From NCBI GenBank assembly GCA_965140415.1, contig OZ223209.1:2912001-2976000 (forward strand): a stretch of 64,000 nt of DNA, read 5' to 3'. Both the position numbers and the translations under genes were made by a program. Shown piece after piece: positions 38,583 to 48,607 of this stretch (position 1 is the first letter of the stretch; every line of letters begins with the position of its first letter). The notes beneath the pieces are model-generated. The model was not told the DNA's origin. It made no database searches and saw only the letters and a list, made by a program, of their open reading frames with translations. This stretch comes from Myxococcota bacterium (lineage in GTDB: Bacteria > Myxococcota_A > SURF-8).

Positions 38583-39374
38583 TCATTTTCGAAATGGCAT
38601 ACAGCAAAAGAAAAACGCCGCCTGCACCAGAATAATGGCCGCGCCGCTTGGAAGATCGAGCCAGTAGGACACGAAAAGGCCGATCAGCGTTCCTGTCATT
38701 CCCAGCGCAATCGATAAAATCGTCATTTGCAGGTAGGTGCTGGCTAACAGTCTGGCGGTTGCCGCCGGAATTACAAGAAATGCGGCAATCAGAACGGCTC
38801 CAACTACTTTCACCGCCGCCACCACCGTCACGGCGATCAATGCCATCAGCAGGTAGTCATCGCGGTTGACGTTCAGGCGGTCGGCGCGTGCCAATTCGCT
38901 GTCGAAAGTGGCATAGGCCCAGCGGCTCCAGAATGGGAGCAGGGCGATTGTCAGCAGGCAGAGAAGAGCCATCATGCCGATGTCGATCCAATCGATGGCC
39001 AGAATCGAACCGAAAAGATAGGTGAAGGCATCGGTGGAATAGCTGTCGCGCAAAGAAAGAAAGACGATTCCCAGCGCCATCGAAATGGCAAAGAAAATTC
39101 CAACCGCCGTATCGGCGCTAAGTTCCGAACGCTCCTTGACCCAGTTGATACCGACGGCCACCAAGATTGTAAAGGGCGCCGCCACGCCCAGCGGTTCGAT
39201 TCCTGCGAAAAGTCCCAGCGCCACGCCACCGAAAGCGGCATGCGCCAAGCCGGTCCCCAAAAACCCTAAACGTCGTTGAACGACAAAAACGCCGTAGTAG
39301 CCGGCCAAGGCGGCGACCAGCAGCCCTCCAATCAGGGCGCGCTGCATGAATGGTAGTGAGAGTGCCTCAAGCAT
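38583..39374 (-). CDS. Zn/Mn ABC transporter permease (ZnuB-like)
   Basis: GLAHAAFGGVALG, YLFGSILAI and VGAVLIAAFLVIPA; hydrophobic throughout. Confidence 0.92.
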   Translation of the reverse strand: MLEALSLPFMQRALIGGLLVAALAGYYGVFVVQRRLGFLGTGLAHAAFGGVALGLFAGIEPLGVAAPFTILVAVGINWVKERSELSADTAVGIFFAISMALGIVFLSLRDSYSTDAFTYLFGSILAIDWIDIGMMALLCLLTIALLPFWSRWAYATFDSELARADRLNVNRDDYLLMALIAVTVVAAVKVVGAVLIAAFLVIPAATARLLASTYLQMTILSIALGMTGTLIGLFVSYWLDLPSGAAIILVQAAFFFCCMPFRK

Positions 39375-40128
39375 GATCGTGGCCGTTCAGTTTGATGAAC
39401 ATCGGGTGAGGATGACCGACGTGCCCGTATGCCAAACGCATGACTTCATCCGTCAATGCTTCGACCGGTGAGCCGAAAGCGAGTTGCTGCCGGTTGATTA
39501 CCAGCACCTGGCTGCACAAGTGACAGACCGCGTTTAAATCGTGGCTGATCATGACGATCGTCGCCCCGCTCTGCTGCTGGTAGCTTTCCAGCATGTGGTA
39601 CATATCGGTTTCGCCTGCGACATCGACGCCGGTTGAGGGTTCGTCCAGCATCAGTAATTTCGGTTTCCCTACCAGCGCTCTTGCAAGATAGACCCGTTGC
39701 AATTCGCCACCGGAAAGCTTGCCGACCTGTCGCTCGGCCAGATGCTCCGCCCCGACGTTACCTAAAGCGGTAAGAGCCTTTTCCCTCATCGCAGCACGTC
39801 GAATGCCCGGCCAGTTTCTTTTACAGCCGGTTAAAACCAGCTCAATTGCCTTGGCGGGAAACAGACGATCCAGGGATTTGACTTGCGGTACGTAGCCGAT
39901 CATTTGAGGTTCGACTTGCGACGGATGTTGACCGAAGATGCTTACGCTGCCTTGAGCAGACGCGGTCAAACCGAGGATCACTTTAAGCAGGGTGGACTTG
40001 CCTGCACCATTGGGGCCGATGATGGACAAAAACGAGCCGGAAGCCAGGCTGAAATGAATGTCTTCCAACGCCGTGTGTGTGCCGTAGCGAACGGAAAGCT
40101 TTTCGATTTGCACTGAGTAGTCGGTCAC
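39367..40128 (-). CDS. Zn/Mn ABC transporter ATP-binding protein (ZnuC-like)
   Basis: GPNGAGKST, IGYVPQ, LSGGELQR, LDEP and ISHD. Confidence 0.93.
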   Translation of the reverse strand: MTDYSVQIEKLSVRYGTHTALEDIHFSLASGSFLSIIGPNGAGKSTLLKVILGLTASAQGSVSIFGQHPSQVEPQMIGYVPQVKSLDRLFPAKAIELVLTGCKRNWPGIRRAAMREKALTALGNVGAEHLAERQVGKLSGGELQRVYLARALVGKPKLLMLDEPSTGVDVAGETDMYHMLESYQQQSGATIVMISHDLNAVCHLCSQVLVINRQQLAFGSPVEALTDEVMRLAYGHVGHPHPMFIKLNGHDHA

Positions 40129-41030
40129 GGCAACGCCTTTTTCAATTGCGCGAGGTTGTAGCGCATCAAGTCCTCATAACGGTTACGTCCAACTGCGCCG
40201 CCTAGCGGGTCCACTTCGATTAAGGGAACGCCGATCGATTCGGCAACGACACGTGCGGCACGGTTTGAAAGTTGCCGCTGGGTTAAAATGGCGCGGACGT
40301 TTTTCTTTTTCGCATCCCGAATGACTCCCGCCAGGCTTTTGGGAGTGGGTTCCTTGCCCGGTATTGTTTCGATCAGATTTACCTGTTTGAACTCATAGCG
40401 CTTGAAGAAATACATGAAAAAGGGTTGAGCGGACAAAAACGGAACGTGTTTCAGTTTGCCGACTTCCGTCGAGATCTGCTCGTTCAAGCGATCCAACCGT
40501 TTTCCAAAACTCTCTGCATTGGCCTTATAAGTCGAGCAACCGGGAGCGTCTAGCTGACAGAGTGTGCTGGTTAATGCGGGCAGGATCGCTTTTACGGCGA
40601 CCGGATCGCTCCAGAAATGCGGATCATAAGCGGCTCGCTTATCGACATGTCGATGTTCGTTATCATACCCGTGCTCGGAGACGTGATCGTGTTCGTGATG
40701 CGCCGTGCCAACAAGGCGCATCGATTCCGGTAGCAAAGGAAGCATGGCGACTTGTTGTTTGATTGGAAGGCGGGTCGCCCAGCCATCCAACTGTGGAGAC
40801 ACATAAAAAAGTGCGTTGGCCTGCTCGGAACGGATCAGATCGGATGGCTTGGGTTCAAAGGTATGCGGTGAGGCGCCAACAGGCAGCAAGGAACTCACGG
40901 ATGCTCTATCTCCAACCACTTCGGATAAGATCGCTCGCACCGGCTCAATAGACGCCATATAGCTCGGTGTCGGCGCGTCATGGCTTTGCGCGAGCATTAC
41001 AAAGATAATGGAAAGTAGAGCCTGTAACAT
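40125..41030 (-). CDS. Zn/Mn ABC transporter substrate-binding protein (ZnuA-like, His-rich loop)
   Basis: GASPHTFEP, HHEHDHVSEH loop, DPHFWSDP and VDPLG. Confidence 0.9.
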   Translation of the reverse strand: MLQALLSIIFVMLAQSHDAPTPSYMASIEPVRAILSEVVGDRASVSSLLPVGASPHTFEPKPSDLIRSEQANALFYVSPQLDGWATRLPIKQQVAMLPLLPESMRLVGTAHHEHDHVSEHGYDNEHRHVDKRAAYDPHFWSDPVAVKAILPALTSTLCQLDAPGCSTYKANAESFGKRLDRLNEQISTEVGKLKHVPFLSAQPFFMYFFKRYEFKQVNLIETIPGKEPTPKSLAGVIRDAKKKNVRAILTQRQLSNRAARVVAESIGVPLIEVDPLGGAVGRNRYEDLMRYNLAQLKKALP

Positions 41031-41280
41031 GTTTCAACCACTCCATGCCGTCGATCAAATAAACATATTCGGTTTGCAACTAGGCGAAACCACCGATGGT
41101 TAGAGGTTTCGGCACCTATCCCTATTCCCTGATTCATACCGGCAACTGGTATCAAGTATCACTCGCGCTGGGTGCTGTCAAGAATGCGAACGCCACGATG
41201 GGGACTTAACAGGAGATTGTCACCATAGATCAATGCTCATTGCTTGACTTTCACTATGCGCTCGTTTAGCTTCTGAATTC

Positions 41281-42402
41281 ATGAAAACGGAGCATCACAT
41301 CTTCATTTGTACCGGTGACTTGTCCGGTGACCGCTTGGGCGCTATCGCCATGGAACAACTCGAAAACCTGGGGCAGCTCCATCACAATAGTTTTCGATAT
41401 TCCGGCATGGGTGGCCAGTTGATGTGCAGAGTTGCTCCCGGATTGATGGACCAACAGCATGTACAAGCGGCGGGCTTAATGGAATTATTGCCGCAGGTGG
41501 GAAGAATTCTAAAGGGCTATCGGCGCTTGCAAGCCGTTTTTCGTAACGATCCACCGGATCTGGCGATTCTAATCGATTTCCCCGATTTCAATCTCCGGCT
41601 TGCCAGGTCGTTGAAACGAAAAGGTGTTCCCGTTCTCTATTATGGCGCTCCACAAGCCTGGGCTTGGCGTGAAGGTCGCGCGAGTCGCATGAAGAATGCG
41701 GTAGACAAGCTAGCGGTGCTGTTTCCATTTGAAGAAAGCTGGTTTCGACAACGAGGAATTTCCACGGCCTACGTCGCTCATCCGCTTGCGAAACGCATTC
41801 CATGGCGACCGGCAAAAAAACAGGTCGATAAAAACGTTCGTATCGGGCTTTATCCCGGTAGCCGCACACATGAAATCGAGGCTATTTTCCCGATACAGCT
41901 ACAGGCTGCGAAAACGCTGCGCATCATTTCTTCTCGAAAAATCGAATTCGCCGTCGTCGCTGCAAAGGGGCGGGAAAAAGCATTACAAGCTATGCTGCAA
42001 CGCGCGGATATCGATTGTGAACTTTTACATGAAACGCAAGCCTTCGATCTGGCATGGTGTGCCGCCGGCACGGCCAGCCTGGAATTGACTTTGCGAGGGA
42101 TTCCCTGGATCTTGACGCATCGGGTTCATCCGCTAAGTTATCGACTGGCCAGCAGAATGATTCGTACTCCCGATCTGGGAATGGCCCACATTCTGTTGAA
42201 GCGTCGAGTCGCCCCGGAGTTGGTGCAGCAGTCATGCAATGCAACGAATATTGCCCGGCACAGTCATGACTTGTTGGAGGATGCAAGGAAGAGGGAGGAG
42301 ATCATCGCTTGTTGGAAGCAGGTTCGAGAGATGCTTTCTGAAACACCGCAAACGCATTCGGTTGCCTCTCTTGCATTTGACATGCTGGGAATTGATAAGT
42401 AA
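41281..42402 (+). CDS. lpxB: Lipid-A-disaccharide synthase
   Basis: GDLSGD, IDFPDFNLRLA, PQAWAWR, LFPFE, PGSRTHEI, GTASLE and PELVQ. Confidence 0.92.
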   Translation: MKTEHHIFICTGDLSGDRLGAIAMEQLENLGQLHHNSFRYSGMGGQLMCRVAPGLMDQQHVQAAGLMELLPQVGRILKGYRRLQAVFRNDPPDLAILIDFPDFNLRLARSLKRKGVPVLYYGAPQAWAWREGRASRMKNAVDKLAVLFPFEESWFRQRGISTAYVAHPLAKRIPWRPAKKQVDKNVRIGLYPGSRTHEIEAIFPIQLQAAKTLRIISSRKIEFAVVAAKGREKALQAMLQRADIDCELLHETQAFDLAWCAAGTASLELTLRGIPWILTHRVHPLSYRLASRMIRTPDLGMAHILLKRRVAPELVQQSCNATNIARHSHDLLEDARKREEIIACWKQVREMLSETPQTHSVASLAFDMLGIDK

Positions 42403-42431
42403 ATCTTTTTGGAAAAGGTGCGTACATAAAG

Positions 42432-42875
42432 ATGGCAGTAGAAAACACAAAGAAGAGAATCATATCGATTTTACTGGTTATTCTGGTTGTTGCCGTTTTA
42501 CTTGGTCTTTGGTTTGGACCGAGTCTTGTCAATGAGCCAGGTATCGATTCTTCCGAAACGGTTTCCGGAACGGAATTTAAAGAACGGGAAGAAATCCGAT
42601 ATGTAATTGAAGTGCAATGCTCCATGCTCGAACGCTGTGAAAAGCGCCTGGCGCGTTCCATTCAAAAGTTACAAATCATTGAAAAAGGCAAGAACGATCA
42701 GGCACACTCGGTGCGATTCGAACTGGATGTTCCGAGAATGCACTATCTTGAATTTGTTCAGAATATTCAACAGCTTGGCAAGCTGTCTCTTAAACGAGAA
42801 CGCTATCTGACGAAAGACCCTTCCGATTTGCCTGTGCCATTTGTGCTGACTCTTTCGGAGTCTAGAAAACCTTAG
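42432..42875 (+). CDS. Membrane-anchored hypothetical protein
   Basis: N-terminal transmembrane helix; co-oriented 29 bp after lpxB; C-terminal segment loosely DUF4349-like (unverified). Confidence 0.55.
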   Translation: MAVENTKKRIISILLVILVVAVLLGLWFGPSLVNEPGIDSSETVSGTEFKEREEIRYVIEVQCSMLERCEKRLARSIQKLQIIEKGKNDQAHSVRFELDVPRMHYLEFVQNIQQLGKLSLKRERYLTKDPSDLPVPFVLTLSESRKP

Positions 42876-43014
42876 CTTTCGCAAAAACAATCATTTCAAA
42901 AGTCGGTCCAAAGTCTCGCCGTATGGCATTTTGGGGCATCGGAGGGAGAAGTTTGCCTGAGCGAACCTGCTCAAGGTTGGATATTGGAAAGCAAGAATGA
43001 GAAAAAAGCCTTTA

Positions 43015-43178
43015 GGCTACCTCTAAAAATCCATATTCTGCTACGAACGCCACTTTTCGGCCCGGATCGTTTCTCTCAATCCTCGACGTATCTACAGGAT
43101 ATGCCTGCGGATTGCGAAAAACTCCCGGTCTCGCAAAGGATGCGTTCTCGCGACGAATAACTATTTATAGAGGCAGCC
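43015..43178. mobile_element. 164-bp non-autonomous MITE
   Basis: Terminal inverted repeats GGCTACCTCTAAAAAT and ATTTATAGAGGCAGCC (14/16 match), flanked by direct TTTA at 43011-43014 and 43179-43182; no transposase. Confidence 0.75.
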
Positions 43179-43211
43179 TTTAAACAAAAAGAAATGCTAA
43201 CGTACGCATGC

Positions 43212-43240
43212 TTGACAGAACGTGGTCCTCAATACATAAT
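43212..43240 (+). promoter_or_regulatory. Sigma70 promoter upstream of the giant lipoprotein genes
   Basis: TTGACA-N17-CATAAT, about 80 bp upstream of the start at 43322. Confidence 0.65.
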
Positions 43241-43321
43241 GAAGTATAGGACTTGTCACATTAAACAACTCTGAATGATCGTCATAATTACTAGCCCCCT
43301 TGGTTGTGGAGGTTTATTACC

Positions 43322-46300
43322 ATGGTAGCCGTAGTCGTTTCTAACCGGTATCCAAGGCTTCTGTTTTCGATTCTCTTTTTACTTACAATCATTTCACTAT
43401 CAATATCCTGTGATGATTCAGGCGGAACGACATCCCCCGATGGGGATGTATACGAGCAGGAAAATGATGCGAGTTTGATTCCATGCCGATTTGACAGTGA
43501 ATGTCCGGAAGGAATGGTGTGCGGATCGAACGGTTGCGTACCATCCGGAGACAATCCTTGTTTGAATAGTGGAGAATGCGCACTGGATGAGGATTGCGCT
43601 TCCGGGTTCTATTGCAATGAGGTTTGTGTCTGCGCATCATATGATCTGCCGGATATCGATTCTACAGATGGTGATCTCGATATCGATAGCGCGGACAAAC
43701 CGTCGGATGAATGCGAGGCCGGTCCTCAGATCTCCGCAGAAACCGTACTCGATTTCGGGTATGTGCAGTTCGATACCGATGCCATGCAGACGCTGCACAT
43801 CATCAACCTCTGTCCCGGCAAAACGACACTGAACATTACCGCCGCAGAGATCGTTTCGACCAGTTCCGAGTTTCGCATTCTCTCCCCGCCGACGTATCCC
43901 GTCGCTCTTTCATCTGAAGAAGATATTCTGGAACTTCAGGTCGTATACCATCCTGTGAACATCGGTATCGATGAAGGCGAACTGGTGATCAGTTCCAACG
44001 ATCCGGATGGCGTATTCCGAGTGAACTTGACCACCCGCTACAAGGGAACGGTGGATATCGACGTAACACCGAATCCACTCGATTTTCACACGGTGGTGGT
44101 TGGTGCTACAGCCGAAGAGCGTACCTTGTCGATTGAAAACCTGATGGCCGGGGATGATGACAATGCCATCTTGCGCATCAACGACATCTACCTTGAATCC
44201 GGTCAAAGCAGCACCTTCGAGTTGTCGGGACTGACTTTCCCGATGTACGTTGGAAAAGGTCAGGCCAAGGAAGTGACCGTGAAATGTCATCCGGTCGATG
44301 CATTGGAATTCACGGATACGATCGTGTTTGAAAGTAACGATTCGGATGAAGCCAGCTATTCCGTGCCGGTGCGCTGCGAAGGCGTTCGGCCTTTGCTGTC
44401 GGTAGAGACGCTGGAGGAAGGGAACCGGCTCGATTTCCTGACGCAACGGATCGATGTGCCGACCAGCATCACGTTGCATCTTCGAAATGACGGAGGCGGA
44501 ACGTTAACCATCGAGGAACCCGCCTTAACTGCGGAAAGTTCGGACACATTCAGCCTGGATACGACAGCCTTTGGAGGAAACGCCGTCAATTTGGATGCCG
44601 GGCAGTCCGTTGATCTGCCGGTGCAATACGTTTCTTCTACAGAAGGTTCTCACAGTGGACAGATCCGCATCGACAATACCGGCTTCGGTACCGAAGTCTT
44701 TCTGGTAAACCTGGCTGGAGCAGCCGCTCCCGCTTCGATTTCCAGCGATCCCAATCCGATCGATTTCGATTCGGTGGTCGTCGCCCAGCAGTTGACCATT
44801 CCTGTAACATTGACCAATGACGGGGAGGTCGCCGTTAGTCTAAGCAGCATTTCCTTCTTGAATGGAACGTCGGTGTTGTCTTTCGCCGATACCGATGTGC
44901 TTGAAGATGTGCTGCTGGAGCCGACTGAAACGCATCAGATTTCCATTACGTTTGCACCGGATCAACGGGGCACCTTCAATAACATGCTGCATCTCGTTAC
45001 CGATGACGTCGTTACCACCGAGGTGGATGTTCCCATCAATGCTTTTGGAATTGCACCGGTTCTGGAAGTGACCGAACGCGACAATGCAAACTTCGAAGGG
45101 GAAATTGATTTCGGCGAGGTTCGTCTGAATCACCAGGGCGAGCGTATTCTGGATATCAAGAATGTGGGCGATGCCTCGATGATGATTTCCGGCATCGAAT
45201 TGACGGACAATACGCAGGAAGAAGAATTTTCGTTTGAAAATACGGGGCTGGTAGAAATTCCTGCCGGACAGAAAGTGGGATTGACTTTGCGCTACAGTCC
45301 TGTTCTGGTGCCTGGCCAAGATGCCGGTTTATTGACGATTACCTCCAGCGATCCGATTACGCCGCAGGCGACAGTCGGATTGAAAGGTGTGGCCACCGAT
45401 CAAAGGTTGTTGCTCAATCCGATCAGTCCGATGGAGTTTGCCGACACGTATTTCGGCGCCAGCGATACCCGCACCTTGCATTTGCAGAACGGTGGAATTT
45501 TAGGCGTTTTGACCGTCACTGCCGCTACATTGCAAAGTGGGGATGGTGTGTTTTCCTTAGATGAAAATGCGCTTGGGTTATTACCGGCGATTCTCTTGCC
45601 GAATCAGGGGAACACGTTTTCATTGCCGATTACATTCCTTCCTCCCGCTGCGGATTCCGCATTGGGGGAATTGACGCCGTATGCAGGCAGCATGATTCTG
45701 CAAAGCGATTCGTACACTTCCGAAAGCAGCCAGTATGATCTGGCCGGAAACGGCAAACCCTGTCCGGAGGGATGCTGGGACAACGACGACGATCCCTCCG
45801 TTTGCGAGTATTGCGGTTGCTACCTTAGCAATGATGGTGTCGAAATTTGTGACGATATCGATAACGATTGCGATTCGCAGACGGATGAGGGGGATACGGT
45901 TACGAGCAATTGCAACCCACCCGAGAATGCCGCGGCTATTTGTGTGAACGGTTTGTGTGATTTCAACTGCAATCGCAATTTCCATCGTTGTGACGATGAA
46001 TGTGTCTTCGATCAAGACCCCGACCACTGCGGGGGGATGTGCACCGCCTGTTATGAGCCGGACAATGCAACGGCAGATTGTGAATTGATCGAAGGCAGCC
46101 TGACATGCACCTATGAGTGCAACGACGGATTTGTCGAAAATGAACTGGGGGTCTGCGTCTTGGTAGGATCTCCCGATTGCTGTGGCGAGGACTGCATCGA
46201 TTGCGGTGACAATCCGACGAATGGCTCATGGGCCTGTGAAGGCGGCGGCTGCATGTTGTACTGTCAGACGGGTTTCCATGTTTGCTTCCTGGATGAATGT

Positions 46301-48448
46301 GTTGCGAACAACGATGTCGATCACTGTGGAACACGCTGCACAGCCTGCCAGGAACCTTCCAATCCTCTAACGGGAACGGCAACTTGTGATGGCAGCAATT
46401 GCGGTTTGAATTGCTACCCGGGTTACTATGAAACCAGTGGTGACTGCGCCTTGTGCGATTCGGTTCAGCATTGTGGCCAAAGCTGCTCGCCTTGTCCTTC
46501 GGCTCCACCCAATGGTGGGTACAATTGCACGGAGGAGAGTGTAGGATCCGGTTACTTCTGTGACCTGGAATGTTCAACCGGTTATTATGAAAACATCGGG
46601 CTTTGCTATCGTTGCGATACAACAACAAACTGTGGCAATGCGTGTGAAGCCTGTCCCGCCGCTCCGGCACATGGATCGATGAACTGTGTTGAAGATAGTG
46701 GGAGTTTTGTATGTGAAGCGGGGTGTTCCTCTGGCTACATCTTAAGTGGGGATGTCTGTGTTCCGGCAAACACCAATGAGTGCTGTGGTGCAGGATGTGA
46801 CGACTGCACGGAAGGTATCGAGCCTGCCGATCACATTCACGGTTTTTGCGAGGAAGTCGCAACCGATATCTACCAATGCGCCTATGAGTGCAATGAGGAC
46901 TATTGGGATCTGGACGACGATCCCAGTGTTTGCGAATATCCCTGTGTTTTCCAAAGTGAAGAAGATGCTTATGGTGACGGACTGGACACCAACTGTGATG
47001 GCGTGGATGGTCTTTACGACAGAATCATCTATGTTGCGCAGGGGTACAACGGAAGCGGCAGTCGTACCGACCCCAAAGGAACGATCACATCCGCGCTCAA
47101 TCTGGCCACTGCCGGAAGCATGATCTGGGTCAGCGAAGGAAGTTATACTGGGAAAATCAGCTTGAAATCCGGAGTACACATCATTGGTGGATTCCGGATG
47201 ACCTCCGATTGGGCGCAGGGTGGTTTCGACGTGACCGTACAGGCGAATACAATCGAAGGTGCGGATAATCGCCAGATCGGAATTCAGGCACAAAACATCA
47301 GTTCATCCACGATCGTACAGAATTTGAATGTGACGGTGGCCAATAATACCGCAACGGCTGGGAGTAACTACGGAATCTGGATGAAAAATTGCAGTTCGGC
47401 GCTGGAATTTCGCAATGTGTTCGTGCAGACCGGAACCGCAGGAAACGGTGCCAATGGAACTGCGGGTTCCAACGGAGCCGGGCGCTCCGGTTCTAGTTGG
47501 ACGTCAAGTGAGGCGATCAACGGAAAGCGCGGAGAGGAAGGTTGCGAAAACAGTGGCGGTGCACTTTGCGATACCTGTGACCCTCCGGTGGTCGGAGCAG
47601 GGGGGACGAGCCCCTGCAACGCTCATGGTGGAGCAGGCGGCGCATCGGGAAGTGGTGAAGATAGCGCGGGTAGCAATGGCGCATCAGGCAAATCTCCCTA
47701 TGGCAACAATGTCACGCAGGGTGGTTCTGGTGGTGCTGCCTTTGATTGTCCGACAATCGGCACCGATGAATGCGAAGGTTGCGACGAATGTGAAGAAACC
47801 AACGGTGGAGACGGCTACAATGGTGCGAATGGTGCAAGCGGCTCCGCTGGTTCCGCCGGTTCCGGTGTTGGTACGCGCAATGGAGATTATTGGGCTCCGA
47901 CATGGTCTGCCGGTTCCGGTAGTCCCGGATTGGGCGGTAACGGAGGCGGCGGCGCTGGTGGTGGTTCGGGCGGTTGCTATTCCTGCGACAGTCGCGGTTC
48001 TGCCGGTAGTGGCGGCGGTGGCGGCGGTTGCGGTGGAGCAGGTGGCAGTGGCGCACAAAGCGGAGGCGCGAGCTTTGGTCTGTTTGCAATCGATTCGGAC
48101 CCGGTATTTGTCGGTGGCAGTATCATTGCCGGTTCTGGCGGCTCCGGTGGTCAAGGCGGCGCAGGCGGTCAAGGTGGCCAAGGTGGCTTAGGCGCTCCCG
48201 ATCCTCCTTATGGGGGAACCGGAGAGCAGGATGACGGCGGTTGCGGCGGATCGGGTGGCGATGGCGGCGACGGCGGCACCGGCGGTAGCGGTGGTGGTGG
48301 CGGCGGCGGTCCTTCTTTCGCCGTGTATACCTACGATGGCAGTTCTCCCTCTTTCGATGAAACCATCCTGGACTATTTAGGAGGTGGAAGCGGAGGCAGC
48401 GGAGGAAATACAGGAGCATCCGGTCCGGAAGGACTTTATGGTCCCTGA
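43322..48448 (+). CDS. Giant surface lipoprotein: six ASH/choice-of-anchor-D domains, six Cys-rich repeats, DUF1565/beta-helix-like and Gly-rich tip
   Basis: GGAGG RBS before the ATG at 43322; lipobox SISC; six xDFxx domains; MopE-like EICDDIDNDCD; HCG/CCG repeats; IYVA...TITSAL...VSEGSY; PGRS-like Gly-rich tail. Confidence 0.82.
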   Translation: MVAVVVSNRYPRLLFSILFLLTIISLSISCDDSGGTTSPDGDVYEQENDASLIPCRFDSECPEGMVCGSNGCVPSGDNPCLNSGECALDEDCASGFYCNEVCVCASYDLPDIDSTDGDLDIDSADKPSDECEAGPQISAETVLDFGYVQFDTDAMQTLHIINLCPGKTTLNITAAEIVSTSSEFRILSPPTYPVALSSEEDILELQVVYHPVNIGIDEGELVISSNDPDGVFRVNLTTRYKGTVDIDVTPNPLDFHTVVVGATAEERTLSIENLMAGDDDNAILRINDIYLESGQSSTFELSGLTFPMYVGKGQAKEVTVKCHPVDALEFTDTIVFESNDSDEASYSVPVRCEGVRPLLSVETLEEGNRLDFLTQRIDVPTSITLHLRNDGGGTLTIEEPALTAESSDTFSLDTTAFGGNAVNLDAGQSVDLPVQYVSSTEGSHSGQIRIDNTGFGTEVFLVNLAGAAAPASISSDPNPIDFDSVVVAQQLTIPVTLTNDGEVAVSLSSISFLNGTSVLSFADTDVLEDVLLEPTETHQISITFAPDQRGTFNNMLHLVTDDVVTTEVDVPINAFGIAPVLEVTERDNANFEGEIDFGEVRLNHQGERILDIKNVGDASMMISGIELTDNTQEEEFSFENTGLVEIPAGQKVGLTLRYSPVLVPGQDAGLLTITSSDPITPQATVGLKGVATDQRLLLNPISPMEFADTYFGASDTRTLHLQNGGILGVLTVTAATLQSGDGVFSLDENALGLLPAILLPNQGNTFSLPITFLPPAADSALGELTPYAGSMILQSDSYTSESSQYDLAGNGKPCPEGCWDNDDDPSVCEYCGCYLSNDGVEICDDIDNDCDSQTDEGDTVTSNCNPPENAAAICVNGLCDFNCNRNFHRCDDECVFDQDPDHCGGMCTACYEPDNATADCELIEGSLTCTYECNDGFVENELGVCVLVGSPDCCGEDCIDCGDNPTNGSWACEGGGCMLYCQTGFHVCFLDECVANNDVDHCGTRCTACQEPSNPLTGTATCDGSNCGLNCYPGYYETSGDCALCDSVQHCGQSCSPCPSAPPNGGYNCTEESVGSGYFCDLECSTGYYENIGLCYRCDTTTNCGNACEACPAAPAHGSMNCVEDSGSFVCEAGCSSGYILSGDVCVPANTNECCGAGCDDCTEGIEPADHIHGFCEEVATDIYQCAYECNEDYWDLDDDPSVCEYPCVFQSEEDAYGDGLDTNCDGVDGLYDRIIYVAQGYNGSGSRTDPKGTITSALNLATAGSMIWVSEGSYTGKISLKSGVHIIGGFRMTSDWAQGGFDVTVQANTIEGADNRQIGIQAQNISSSTIVQNLNVTVANNTATAGSNYGIWMKNCSSALEFRNVFVQTGTAGNGANGTAGSNGAGRSGSSWTSSEAINGKRGEEGCENSGGALCDTCDPPVVGAGGTSPCNAHGGAGGASGSGEDSAGSNGASGKSPYGNNVTQGGSGGAAFDCPTIGTDECEGCDECEETNGGDGYNGANGASGSAGSAGSGVGTRNGDYWAPTWSAGSGSPGLGGNGGGGAGGGSGGCYSCDSRGSAGSGGGGGGCGGAGGSGAQSGGASFGLFAIDSDPVFVGGSIIAGSGGSGGQGGAGGQGGQGGLGAPDPPYGGTGEQDDGGCGGSGGDGGDGGTGGSGGGGGGGPSFAVYTYDGSSPSFDETILDYLGGGSGGSGGNTGASGPEGLYGP

Positions 48449-48455
48449 CGTTTTT

Positions 48456-48485
48456 TCAGGCCCTGCACTTGCTTGCAGGGCCTGA
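48456..48485. other. Perfect 12-bp hairpin between the two giant genes
   Basis: TCAGGCCCTGCA-CTTGCT-TGCAGGGCCTGA. There is no canonical U-tract, so it may be a weak terminator or an RNA-stability element. Confidence 0.6.
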
Positions 48486-48607
48486 GTTCGTTATAGATGA
48501 TGTAAGTTGCTGTATAAAACGAAGATCGATTAAAAGTTGACTTTCTCCTTATTAAAAGATGCGATCAGGATTGACTCGCTCATCCTGATAACCGGTAGAG
48601 GTGTGAG

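Noticed and set aside
41080-41155. Two hairpins upstream of the metal ABC transporter as a riboswitch or Zur/Fur box
   Set aside because: The stems (CGAAACC/GGTTTCG and ATACCGG/CTGGTAT) are short and match no consensus I recognise; an Rfam scan would be needed.
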